Positions 1 to 11,486 of a stretch of DNA of 64,000 bases are shown piece by piece. The notes beneath the pieces are model-generated. The model saw nothing but the letters and a program-made list of their open reading frames with translations. It was not told the origin of the DNA and did not search any database. Every line of letters starts with the position of its first letter. The first letter of the stretch is position 1. The position numbers and the translations under genes are program-made. Origin of the DNA: Octopus vulgaris (taxonomy: Eukaryota); the NCBI GenBank assembly GCA_951406725.2, contig OX597815.1:178808001-178872000 (forward strand). The letters are read 5' to 3'.

Positions 1-61
1 GTCTTTAACCCTTTAAGCATACAGATTATCCTGTCAAACGTTAATCCTTATTTATTCCCAT

Positions 62-750
62 TCATCATCATCATCGTTTAATGTCTGTTTTCTATGCTGG
101 CATGGGTTGGACGGTTCGACAGAGGTCTGGGAAGCCAGGAGGCTGCACCAGGCTCCAGTCTGATCTGGCAAAGTTTCTACATATGGATGACCTTCCTAAC
201 GCCAACCACTTCGAGAGTGTAGTGGGTGGTTTTTTACATGCCACCAGCACAGGGGCTAGAGGAGGCTGACATTGACTACAATCGGAAGGTGCTTTTTACA
301 TGCCACCGGCACAGGGGCCAGAGGAGGCTGACATTGACTACAATCGGATGGTGCTTTTTACATGCCACCGGCACAGGGGCCAGAGGAGGCTGACATTGAC
401 TACAATCGGATGGTGCTTTTTACATGCCACCGGCACAGGGGCCAGAGGAGGCTGACATTGACCACAATCGGATGGTGCTTTTTACATGCCACCAGCACAG
501 GGGCCAGAGGGGGCTGACATCGACCATGATCGGATGGTGCTTTTTACGAGCCACCGGCACAGGGGCCAGAGGAGGCTGACATTGACCACAATCGGATGGT
601 GTTTTTTACGAGCCACCGGCACAGGGGCCAGAGGAGGCTGACATCGACCATGATCGGATGGTGCTTTTTATGAGCCACCGGCACGGAAGCCAGCCAAGGC
701 AGCACTGGCACCGACTATGATTGGATGGTGCTTTTTATGTGCCACTGGCC
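62..750 (-). mobile_element. RTE-LINE 3' end with about 9 tandem ~60-bp 3'UTR repeats, nested in a TTAA-CCCT-type MITE (about 6-922)
   Basis: (GAT)n tail and the same 3' UTR as the RT-bearing copy at 62740-64000; tandem unit ggatggtgctttttacatgccaccggcacaggggccagaggaggctgacattgac... Confidence 0.85.
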
Positions 751-1820
751 CATTGTCTTGAATTAATCACGCACTATCTCTTCTCTTTGAAATTTTGATA
801 GTGTGATTGTTTATTTTTAGAATGACATTGTAGAGTAAGTGTGAGAGTCCAGATCAGGCCAGTCTGAACATAAGACAGGTTGAATATTTGGACTGGACTT
901 GGCTGGTTTAAATGCAAAAGGGCCAAACAAAAACTAAACAAACTAATAAAGAAATTTCTAATGTAACCAATTTACCAAATTTCTCTGAGCAATTATTTCC
1001 TACTGTCTATAAAATTGGAATTAAATGTTCTTAGTTCTTATTCTTTGGACTGCATATTCTCCAGTTAAGGCAAGATGGCCATAGCTGGAAAGGCTAATCT
1101 AAATGCTAGAGTACCATCAATCAGTGTTGACTAGGTTTATCTAATAACAATAGAAACTATTATATTGCACTTAATCTGTCCAAATGTCTCCAATACAAGG
1201 AGAGCAGAAGAGCACCAATCCATTAGATGAAAACCGTTGTTGATTTGCAAGAAATGTTACGAGTATTAAGTGGAGAGGAGTTGGCAGAAATGGTAGACTG
1301 CTACACGAAGAAATGTTGTACAGTGTTCATTCATTAGGAGAATTTCTAAAGAGAATCTCCTGCTTGACAGGCAGGCGAGTAATGAAAGGTTGTTAATGAT
1401 AGATGACAACAGAAATGAAGGTAAATATATCTTGAATATGAAATAAGCTATTCAAGGCAACAAAAGGAAGAGGAACAATGGAAATTTATAAATAGATGAG
1501 GATTGCATTGATGAGAGATCAGCAAATGACACTGCTTCGTTTAAAAAAAAATTGATCAGAAGAGCTTAGAAGTAAAGATTAGGCAGCGTTAAAATAAATG
1601 AGTGAAAACAGCTTAGATGGGTTTTTTTTTAAAAAAGCCATAGATATCTAAAGTGTTATGAGGAATTCAGGAAAATTTTCTCCATCATTAATATTAAAGA
1701 ACAAGTTCTAGAAACTAGTGCATGGAATAAACAGGAAGGAATAACAGTGATATCAGAATGGTGCAAGTTATGGAAGGAAAATAGTAAAATATCTTATATC
1801 ATTAGCTGACTGGATGTAAA

Positions 1821-2046
1821 ATACCTATTTCTTTATTACCCTAAGGGGCTAAACACAGAGAGGACAAACAAAGACAGACAAACGGATTAAGTCGATTATA
1901 TCAACCCCAGTGCATAACTGGTACTTAATTTATTGACCCTGAAAGGATGAAAGGCAAAGTTGACCTCGGCGGAATTTGAACTCAGAACGTAAAGAGGGGA
2001 CGAAATACCGCTAAGCATTTCACCCGTTTCTGCCAGCTCATCGCCT
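1821..2046 (-). mobile_element. tRNA-derived SINE family B (head ggcggtgagctggcagaa...)
   Basis: Recurrent ~230-bp element with a gagttcaaattcc B-box; other copies at ~7786-8022(+), 10303-10533(+), 14805-15005(+), 17893-18128(-), 49693-49929(-). Confidence 0.8.
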
Positions 2047-2368
2047 ATATATATATTTGTATATTATTGTAGGTATTTGTGGCTAATGCACAAATCCACT
2101 CATAAGGCTTTGGTCGGCCTGAGGCTACAGTAGAAGACACTTACCCAAGGTGCCACACACTGAACCCGGAACCCAGTAGGCTTTATACTTTTATGTGTAA
2201 TACCTACTGATTTTGTTGGCATTAAGATAAGTAGTGGCAAAATAAATGCTTTGTCAAATTTAATTTAATTACATCTAAAATAGGTTGTAAAACAAAAAAC
2301 AAATTTAAAGGTGACCTTCAAACTATATCAGCTGTATAAGCTGCTTATGTGTATCTGCTCTACAATCA

Positions 2369-2508
2369 TTTACATTATTTACATTTGATGGATATTTGTC
2401 CTCATCTTGCTTGTTGTTAACACATTTTGGCTGATCTACCCTCAAGCCTTCATCAGGTGTCTTGGGGAAATTATGAACCTGGGTTCTCATTCCTAAGGTA
2501 TTTTTTGA

Positions 2509-2541
<33 letters not shown>

Positions 2542-2636
2542 CATTATTCAGGTCACTGCCTGGAATTGAACACAGAATCTTGGGGTTAGTAGCCCGTGCT
2601 CTTAACCACTACGCCATATGCCCACAAGCATATGGT

Positions 2637-2730
<94 letters not shown>

Positions 2731-2937
2731 TGATGATGATAATAATAATAATAATAATGATGATAATAACAACAACAACAACAAGATCGAAAAATGCCTT
2801 AGGCATGAGAACCCAAGTTTGAAATTTCCCCAAGACACCTGATGAAGGCTAGAGGGTATATCAGCCGAAATGAGGACAAATATCTGTCAAATGTAAATAA
2901 TGTAAATAATTCCTCATTTCTTAAACATAGAACTGTA
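2369..2937. mobile_element. Composite tRNA-head/hammerhead-like element with inverted arms and 13-bp TSD
   Basis: TGCTCTACAATCA at 2356-2368 and 2938-2950; tRNA-like head on the minus strand at ~2549-2623; homologous arms at ~2370-2510(-) and ~2785-2937(+); (AAT)n spacers. Confidence 0.8.
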
Positions 2938-3081
2938 TGCTCTACAATCAACCAGTAAAAAGTCAATTAGTGAGAACAGATATAAAAGTTGTAATGCACA
3001 ATTAGCAAATGTTTTCATGGTACTTCTATTTAAGTACTTCCATTAGGAAACACTTTTGCCCTTTCAGTATAAACATATACG

Positions 3082-3226
3082 ATGGTGGTGGTGGTGGTGG
3101 TAGTGGTGGTGGTGGTGGTGATGGTGGTGGTGGTAGTGGTGGTGGTGGTGGTGGTGGTGGTGGTGGTGGTGGTGGTGGTGGTGGTGGTAGTGGTGGTGGT
3201 GATGGTGATGGTGGTGGTGGTGGTGA
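3082..3226. repeat. (GGT)n microsatellite
   Basis: Direct reading; it explains the poly-G, poly-P and poly-V ORFs. Confidence 0.98.
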
Positions 3227-3729
3227 CACTTAATGATAATAATTATAGAATTTCAGGAACAAAAATATTTGTGTATTATTCTTAATGATTATTGACTTAA
3301 TCTTCATATATAATGAAAGCATTCCATTCTGGCTTTCTCTGTTGAAGATTGATGACATTTTATTCCATGGGACCTGAGCCTGCACGTAAAAAGCACCAAC
3401 CAATCGTGATTGCTGCGCCAGCCTCCTCTGGCCCCTGTGCTGGTGGAACGTAAAAAGCACCCACTACACTCATGGAGTGGTTGGTGTTAGGAAGAGCATC
3501 CAGCTGTAGAAACACTGCCAGATCAGACTGGAGCCTGGTGCAGCCTCCTGGCTTCCCAGACCCTGGTCGAACCGTCCAACCCATGCTAGCATGGAAAACA
3601 GATGTTAAACGATGATGATGATGAAAAATGTAACATTAATACAGTGATTTGAACTCTTTGTTATATTAAAGTCAGCTTAAACAGGAATGCATTTGTCTGG
3701 AACAAACGGATAGTATGGTTTCATACACA

Positions 3730-4137
3730 AGGCGCAGAAGTGGCTGTGTGGTAAGTAGCTTGTTTACCAACCACATGGTTCCTGGTTCAGTCCCACTGCG
3801 TGGCACCTTGGGCAAGTGTCTTCTACTATAGCCTCTGGCTGACCAAAGCCTTGTGAGTGGATTTGGTAGACGGAAACTGAAAGAAGCCCGTCGTATATAT
3901 GTATATATATATATGCATGTGTGTGTTTGTGAGTCTGTGTTTGTCCCCCTAGCATTGCTTGACAACCAATGCTGGTGTGTTTATGTCCCCGTTACTTAGC
4001 GGTTCGGCAAAAGAGACCGATAGAATAAGTACTGGGCTTACAAAGAATAAGTCCCGGGGTCGATTTGCTCGACTAAAAGCGGTGCTCCAGCATGGCCGCA
4101 GTCAAATGACTGAAACAAGTAAAAGAGTAAAAGAGTA
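3730..4137 (+). mobile_element. tRNA-derived SINE family A (~410 bp, internal (TA)(TG) microsatellite, (TAAAAGAG)n tail)
   Basis: Head ggcgcaggagtggctgtgtggtaag...gggttcagtccc. Near-identical copies at ~11076-11485, 16288-16692, 27382-27812, 56601-57010, 59633-60028 (+) and 8660-9265, 32649-33030, 55775-56310 (-); older copies at ~5630-5975, 21342-21735, 36530-36865. Confidence 0.88.
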
Positions 4138-4859
4138 ACCCTGGAAAAAAACGGAGATTATAAATGAATAAATATGGTGTTTAAAAAGACATGGGTGATT
4201 GTAGCAATAGCCCGAGTAAAACAAGTCGGACAGATTGAAAGAAAGTTTGTTGTTGGTTGTTCCTTCTCAAGCCAAGGCAAGCTCACAAGGCCCGGTTTTC
4301 TGGTTTCATTGGTGTATAGGTTCCCTACTTGGACGGGACACCAATCCGTCGCAGGTAAGCTGCTAGATGCAGGAGGAAAGAATGAGAGAAAGTTGTGGCA
4401 AAAGAGTCAGCAGAAGTTCGCCATTACCTTCTGCCAGAGCTGCGTGGAGCTTAGGTGTTTTGCTCATAAACACACACATCACATGGGCTGAGATTCGAAC
4501 CCGTGATCTCTCGACCACGAGTCCGCTGCTCTAACCACTGGGCCATGTGCGTCCATGAAAGAACGGTTAGTATAGAATAAACCAAATACTACATTAGAGG
4601 AAATAAATTGCAGACTAAAGAAAAAGAGAAAAAAAATTGTGATGAAATTTTAAATATCCGGTAGAAAGATATGATAGTCAGACGACCATTCAAGTTTAGG
4701 AAATAATTACAAGAAGCAAAGAGAACTGGATGAAAGTTTAGCAAAAAAGAAGCAAAAAAAAAATGGAAACAGTTTGGATGGTTTTATTCATGTTTTCTAC
4801 TGAAAAAATATAGTTCAACTTGAACAATTTATAATCAAATACAATGAAATATACAAGTG

Positions 4860-5295
4860 CTGGGCCTCACGGAGGCAAAGTGGCTGAGTTCCTTTCGAGT
4901 GTTGCGCCTTGTGGAAGCAAATTGACTGACTTCCTTTTGAGCATTGGGCCTCGTGGAAGCAAATTGACCGAGTTCCTTTTGAGCATTGGGCCTTGTGGAA
5001 GCAAATTGACCGAGTTCCTTTCGAGCATTGGGCCTCGTGGAAGCAAATTGACCGAGTTCCTTTCGAGCATTGGGCCTCGTGGAAGCAAATTGACCGAGTT
5101 CCTTTTGAGCATTGGGCCTCGTGGAAGCAAATTGACCGAGTTCCTTTTGAGCATTGGGCCTCGTGGAAGCAAATTGACCGAGTTCCTTTTGAGCATTGGG
5201 CCTCGTGGAAGCAAATTGACCGAGTTCCTTTTGAGTGTTGTACCTCGTGGAGGCAAAGTGGCCGAGTTCTTTTCGAACATTGGGCCTTGCAGAGG
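4860..5295. repeat. 42-bp tandem repeat (~10 copies) at the 5' end of an RTE 3' fragment (5295-5600, +)
   Basis: Unit gggcctcgtggaagcaaattgaccgagttccttttgagcatt; 14-aa periodicity in the ORF track. Confidence 0.95.
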
Positions 5296-6611
5296 CAATG
5301 ACTGAGACTTTTGGCAGTATGTCGTGCTTGAGAAGAAGAGCCATCAAGCCAAGCAAAATTGCAGTTGTGGCAGACACCAGCGTCACACAAATGGCACCTG
5401 TGCCATTGGCATGTAAAAGCACCCATTACACTCTCGGAGTGGTTGGCATTAGGAGGGGCATCCAGCAGTAGAAAACCATGCTGAATCAGACTAGAGTCTG
5501 GTGCAGCCTTCTAGCATGCCAGCCCTGGTCAAACTGTCCAACGCATGCCAGCATGGACAACAGAGGTTAAATGATGATGATGATGATGATGACGATGACA
5601 TGAGGCTTCATTTTTACGCCATTTATTTTTTTTACTTGTTTCAATCCTTGGACTGTGGCCATACTGGGGCATCGCCTTGAAGAATTCCAGTCAAGCAAAT
5701 TTACCACAGTATTTGTTTATTTTTTTAAAGCCTGGTATTTATTCTATTGGTCTCTTTCAGCAAACTGCTAAGTTATGGGGACATAAACACACCAACACTG
5801 GTTGTCAAGCAATTATGCGGGGACAAATACAGACAAAGACACATGCACACACATGATGGGCTTCTTTCAGTTTCTACCTACCAAATCTACTTACAAGATG
5901 TTGGTTGGCCTGAGGCTATGGTAAAAGACACTTGCCCAAGATGCCACACAATGGCACTGAACCTGGAACCATATGATTTCCAAACACATGGTTTTGGGTT
6001 CTGTCCCACTACATGGCACCATACGAGTCAACTAGCCTTTCGGCTTCTGAGCACCGCCACGACAACATCGATCTCTTCGTCTGCCGTAAGGCATTATTTT
6101 CCAAATACGCCAGCTAAGCTAAGTTGAAATGTCTAAAGTCGTAAGACACCCGCTGTTTTTGTCCTGTTATTACTATTATTGTTTTTTGTATTTATATTTG
6201 TGTGGCATCGTCCGTTTTTCTGTCCTTGTTTCGTATACATTCGATCCTTTTTCTAAGAAATCTAATGCTCGTAGCTTAGTTTTTCCTTGGAGCTGGCCGG
6301 ATCGGAGCGATCTCAAGATTAATCAGCCGAAATTGCGAGGATGATCCGGTTCTTGACTGAAGATTAGAGGCTTCGAATGACCCGTCCGTTTTTTGTGTTG
6401 TCTATTTGAGTGTTTTGCGTTCTTGTCCCATTTTGTATTTTTATATATATTTTTTATACATATATATTTATATATATATATATATATAGGTTATAAAATG
6501 AGATAGGGGTTGAAAAATTCAACCCACCATGAATAAAGTATTGATTGGGTATCATCTGATAGTTGATGTTTTATTGATTTAAGTATGTTTCTCCATTTTC
6601 TAATTTTGTAG

Positions 6612-6639
<28 letters not shown>

Positions 6640-6643
<4 letters not shown>

Positions 6644-6948
6644 ATGATCACGTGACCGACCAGGCTATCAGATGTTGCTACACATTGCTGGTCACAATGT
6701 GCTTTGCATTGTTTTAGCCTTCAAATGACACCACCCCGCTGGCTAAGCGAGCAAGCCAACAGAAGAAAGAGTGAGAGAAAGTTGTGGCAAAAGAGTACAG
6801 CAGGGATCGCCACCACCCCCTGCCGGAGCCTCGTGGAGCTTTAGGTGTTTTTCACTCAATAAACAGTCACAATGCCCAGTCTGGTAATAGAAACCGCGAT
6901 CCTATGACCGCGAGTCCACCTCCCTAACCACTGGGCCATTGCGCCTCA
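6640..6948 (-). mobile_element. tRNA-derived SINE family C (head ggaggcgcaatggcccagtggttaggg...)
   Basis: A/B-box-like head; related copies at ~4250-4555(-), 10592-10900(+), 41675-41945(-), 59055-59372(+, truncated). Confidence 0.75.
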
Positions 6949-6987
<39 letters not shown>

Positions 6988-8875
6988 CACACACACTCTA
7001 TACGAGTGTGTATATATATACACACTTGTATAGATGTTAGTATGTACATATGTATATATGCATATATACATATATATTTACACACACACACATACACATA
7101 TATATTATTTATATTATTATATGATTGAATGCCACACATCCACTTCCAAGTAAGTTTTATCTTAATAATTCTGATGCCCACTCCATACGATCTTTTTACT
7201 CTTTCGTTTTTCTCTCTCTTATTCTTTGACCTCTTCTTCTCCCACTATTCTATCCTAGTACTCTGTCATTCTCTCTCCCTCACTCCTTCTCCCTTGTTGT
7301 TCACGTGGCTCCCACGTAACCATTGGCCATCTTTCTTTCTTTTCCTAACTTGCGTTTCTTTCTTTCTCTCCATTGTAGGCTGGAACAAGGAAGACCTGTT
7401 CTTGTCTGTCTCTTGTCCAAGCTTTATTTACGCATTCGCCACCACAACCTCGTTTAGGCTTAGCAGCCCTTCTTATTTGTTTTCCCTGCCCTGCTTGTGT
7501 TACCAAATTTGACTCTCCGCAAAATCCCAAATTTTATTTAATTTTCTTTGCGGGAGCAGCTGTTTTATCGAAAGCGTATATTGTTGTTAAATGCTCGAAA
7601 TACGAGACTAGAAAAACAGGCAACAACTGATGAAGGGTTGTTCTTTATGTTGTTTGTTTTGTTTTCCAGCTGTGTCTTTCGTTGCTTGAAAGAATAGATC
7701 ATGTTCCATGTACTCGTGCTTCGTATTATTTGTGTGTGTGTGTGTCTTTGTGTCTATGGTTGTCCTCCACCACCACTTGACAACAGGCGGTGAGCTGGCA
7801 GAAACGTTAGTACGTCGGGCGAAATGTGTAGCTGTATTTCGTCTGCCGCTATGTTCTGAGTTAAAATTCCGCTGAGGTCGACTTTGCCTTTCATCCTTTT
7901 GGGGGTCGATAAATTAAATACCAGTTACACCCTGAGGTCGATTTAATTGACTTAATCCATTTGTCTGTCCTTGTTTGTCCTGTCTGTGTTTGTCCTACCT
8001 TGTGGGTAGTAAAGAAATAGGTGCTGGTGCGACAGTTTGGTGGAATAAGTATCAGACTCAGAGAACAATAAGTGCAGGGGTCGATTTATTTGACGAAAAA
8101 TTCTTCAAAGCGGTGCCCCAGCATGACTGCAGTCTAAATGACTGAAACAAGTAAAAGATGAAAGGGAAAAAAAGTATGTAATACTCAATACGGTAGCAAT
8201 TATTGATATGATTTGTCCCTGAGAACTAAATCAAAACATGTCTCTGGAAAAAAATAAAGCAAAAAGAGAGAAAATATCAATAACTTGATTCATTAAAGAA
8301 GAGATATTGTGAAGATTGTAAGCAATTGTGATTGATTGCTTCGGAAGATGTTTGGCAGTTGACAGACAAGAGATAATTCAGAGGGGGAAAAAACAGTAAA
8401 CGAGGAAGGCGGTGAGCAGAACACTTGGCTGTGTGCAAACAAAATGATGTTGAGAAAAATATCGTCAGGATTTTGTGAAATAGATTAAACTTAATTCTTA
8501 TAAATAGTTAATAAACTCTTGGTTGTCTGGCATCATTGTAGACTTGAACAATAATCATGCTTATGGTAACCCAAATAAAAGATTTGTTTAGAAAAGAAAG
8601 CGTTTTCGTGGTGGGAGACAGATGCAGTTGACAGAAAACAATCGCTCTGTATGTTTGGTACTCTTTACTCTTTTACTTGTTTCAGTCATTTGACTGCGGC
8701 CATGCTGGAGCACCGCCTTTTAGTCGAGCAAATCGACCCCGGAACTTATTGTTTGTAAGCCTAGTACTTATTCTATCGGTCTCTTTTTGCCGAACCGCTA
8801 AGTGACAGTGACGTAAACACACCAGCATCGGTTGTCAAGCGATGTTGGGGGGGGGGAACAAACACAGACACTCAA

Positions 8876-8914
<39 letters not shown>

Positions 8915-8916
<2 letters not shown>

Positions 8917-9125
8917 AAGTTAATCCAAACAAGAAAGCACAAAAAAAAACACAACAACGCGAGGACGTGGAACAAATATAGTATTATTGGACGCTCAGGA
9001 AAGAAGGAAAGAAGGAGGGTTTAACGTTTCGAACGGAGCTCTTCGTCGGAAACATAGGAGAAGGAAAGATCCAGAGAAGGGAAGACAGAGGGAAAAAAAA
9101 TCGCCAACAGTACACACGAGGTCAT
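8915..9125 (-). mobile_element. Short element with a minimal hammerhead-like motif inserted in the microsatellite of a family A SINE
   Basis: Interrupts the (CA)n(TA)n tract; motif GTTT CCGACGA AGAGC TCC GTTC GAAAC GTT AAAC at 9019-9053(-). Confidence 0.6.
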
Positions 9126-11486
9126 ATATACGACGGGGTTCTTTCAGTTTCCGTCTACCAAATCCACTCAGAAGGCTTTGGTCAGCTCGGGGCTATAGTA
9201 GAAGACGCTTGCCCAAGGTGCCACGCAGTGGGACTGAACCCGAAACCACACAGCCACTCCTACTTGTATTAACGTTGAAGAAATGTAAAAGAATTAATTC
9301 AGTGTGATTTAAAATGTAGAATATAGAGACAGATCACAATACTGGAAATTCATTTAATCTCATATTTGATAAGTCACAACCAGGACTCTATTTAAACCAT
9401 GTGGGGGTCCCAGGGCACTTCAAGTTTGGTGGGTCTTTCATACATAAGAATTAAAATCTTGGAAAATTATAAAATTTAAAACTCAAAACTCGTTTAATCT
9501 ATGTAATTGAATTTGATGGGTTAGCAGAGAAAGTTAAAATAAATGATTGACTGAAAATGTTGCTTTATAGATACACTTTTCAAAATTCAAATTTCATTTT
9601 TCACACATCCACTTGCGACAAGAGGGAAGATGGGATAAGATTTTTTTTCTTTTTAATGCGATTTACATATATTTCAGAATGTGGAATACAATAAAATGAC
9701 AGAATAGGCGCAATAAATGCATGAGTGTAGTGTGTATGTGTGTGTATATGAATGTTTGTTTTCTGAATGGTGTGTGTGTGTGTGTGTTTTACAATAATTC
9801 TAAAGCCCCCTACCCCACGCTTGTTTTATAAAATAAGACCAATTTTAAATGCCTTGCTGAAATAATTTAGAAATAACATGGATGTGTGTGTGCACGCGCC
9901 TCTAACTGCAAGTGGTCAAACCAAGGTCACTGCTCAGTCATGCGTAGAAAGAATTTGCCCTAGAGACACCAACTCCTATCAATTTCTTTATCTTTACATT
10001 CAAACTTACACACTAATTCACGCATACATACATACATACATACACACACACACGTACACACACACATACATACACACGCACACACAAACATACATACATG
10101 TTACTGTAACTTTATAAAAATATCGAAAATTAACCTTCTTCCCAACTCTACAAACAAAAACGAAAACGCGAATGATACAAGACCACCACGTGGATTCGCA
10201 GCTGTTGACATTCCAACAGATTCCATTGTGCCTGCCAGCCAAACTACATTACTGGCTCAAGTAACTGACCACTGTCCCCCTACTACGACTATGGGAAATA
10301 GCAGGCAGCGAGCTGGCATAAACGTTAGCGCGCTTGGCGAAATGCTTAGCGGTATTTCGTCTGCCGTTACGTTCTGAGTTCAAATTCCGCCGAGGTCGAC
10401 TTTGCCTTTCATCCTTTCGGGGTCGATAAATTAAGTACCAGTTACGGACCAGTCCGTAATCGACTTAATACCTATGTCTGTTCTTGTTTGTCCCCTCTGT
10501 GTTTAGCCCCTTGAGGGTAATAAAGAAATAGGTAAATAGCAGGCACAACCGCACCGGATTATTGTAGTAGTAGTAGTAGCAGCAGCAGCAAGTGGAGGCG
10601 CAATGGCCCAGTGGTTAGGGCAGCGGACTCGCGGTCGGAGGATCGCGGTTTCGATTCGCAGACCGGGCGTTGTGTGTGTTTATTGAGTAAAATCACCTAA
10701 AGTTTCACAAGGCTCCGACAGGGTGTGGTGGTGACCCCTGTTGTACTTTCTCTCTTTCTTCCTGTTTCTTGTCCCCGACTTCCTACGCAACCGCTGAGCT
10801 CGCAACCGCTGAGCCTGGATGCGCATTCATCCATCCGTCAATGTTCTCGGTGTCGGGGTTTGACCTGCTTTCTCTTCTGCGGGTCTTACAAATAGCAAAG
10901 GACCACTGCGAGCTCTGGGATGAAAACCGCTTTGCTCAGCAGCAACAGCAACAACAGCAGCAGCAGTCAGGATCATATGCCAGTGAAATATGCCCTTACT
11001 GAAATTACTTTGGCCTTGTAGGTCTCTTGAGGAGAGAGTATTCTCTTCCAAAGTAAGTAAAAAAAAAATTCCACTAGGCGCAGGAGTGGCTGTGTGGTAA
11101 GTAGTTTGCTTACCAACCACATGGTTCCAGGTTCAGTCCCACTGCGTGGCATCTTGGGCAAGTGTCTTCTGCTATAGCCCCGGGCCGACCAATGCCTTGT
11201 GAGTGGATTTGGTAGACGGAAACTGAAAGAAGCCTGTCGTATATATATATATATATATACGTGTGTGTGTGTGTTTGTGTTTGTCCCCTAGCATTGCTTG
11301 ACAACTGATGCTGGTGTGTTTACGTCCCCGTCACTTAGCGGTTCGGCAAAAGAGACCGATGAATAAGTACTGGGCTTACAAAGAATAAGTCCCGGGGGCG
11401 ATTTGCTCGACTAAAGGCGGTGCTCCAGCATGGCCGCAGTCAAATGACTGAAACAAGTAAAAGTGTAAAAGAGAGAGTAAAGAGTA

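Noticed and set aside
225-750. CRISPR-like regular repeats (also 61778-62030)
   Set aside because: Contiguous tandem units with no unique spacers, no cas genes, and a eukaryotic context.
4815-5426. 203-aa and 195-aa repeat ORFs
   Set aside because: Translation of the 42-bp tandem repeat; no splice or homology support.
7590-7645. GAAA...CTGATGA motif (a similar one lies at 6325-6380)
   Set aside because: The required helices could not be formed around the core, so it is not called a hammerhead.
10592-10665. Possible tRNA gene
   Set aside because: It is the head of SINE family C; it continues into the SINE body and has no proper acceptor stem.
10890-11060. Poly-Q ORF and a short AG...GTAAGT exon-like segment
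   Set aside because: (CAG/CAA)n microsatellite next to SINEs; early stops and no connected exons.
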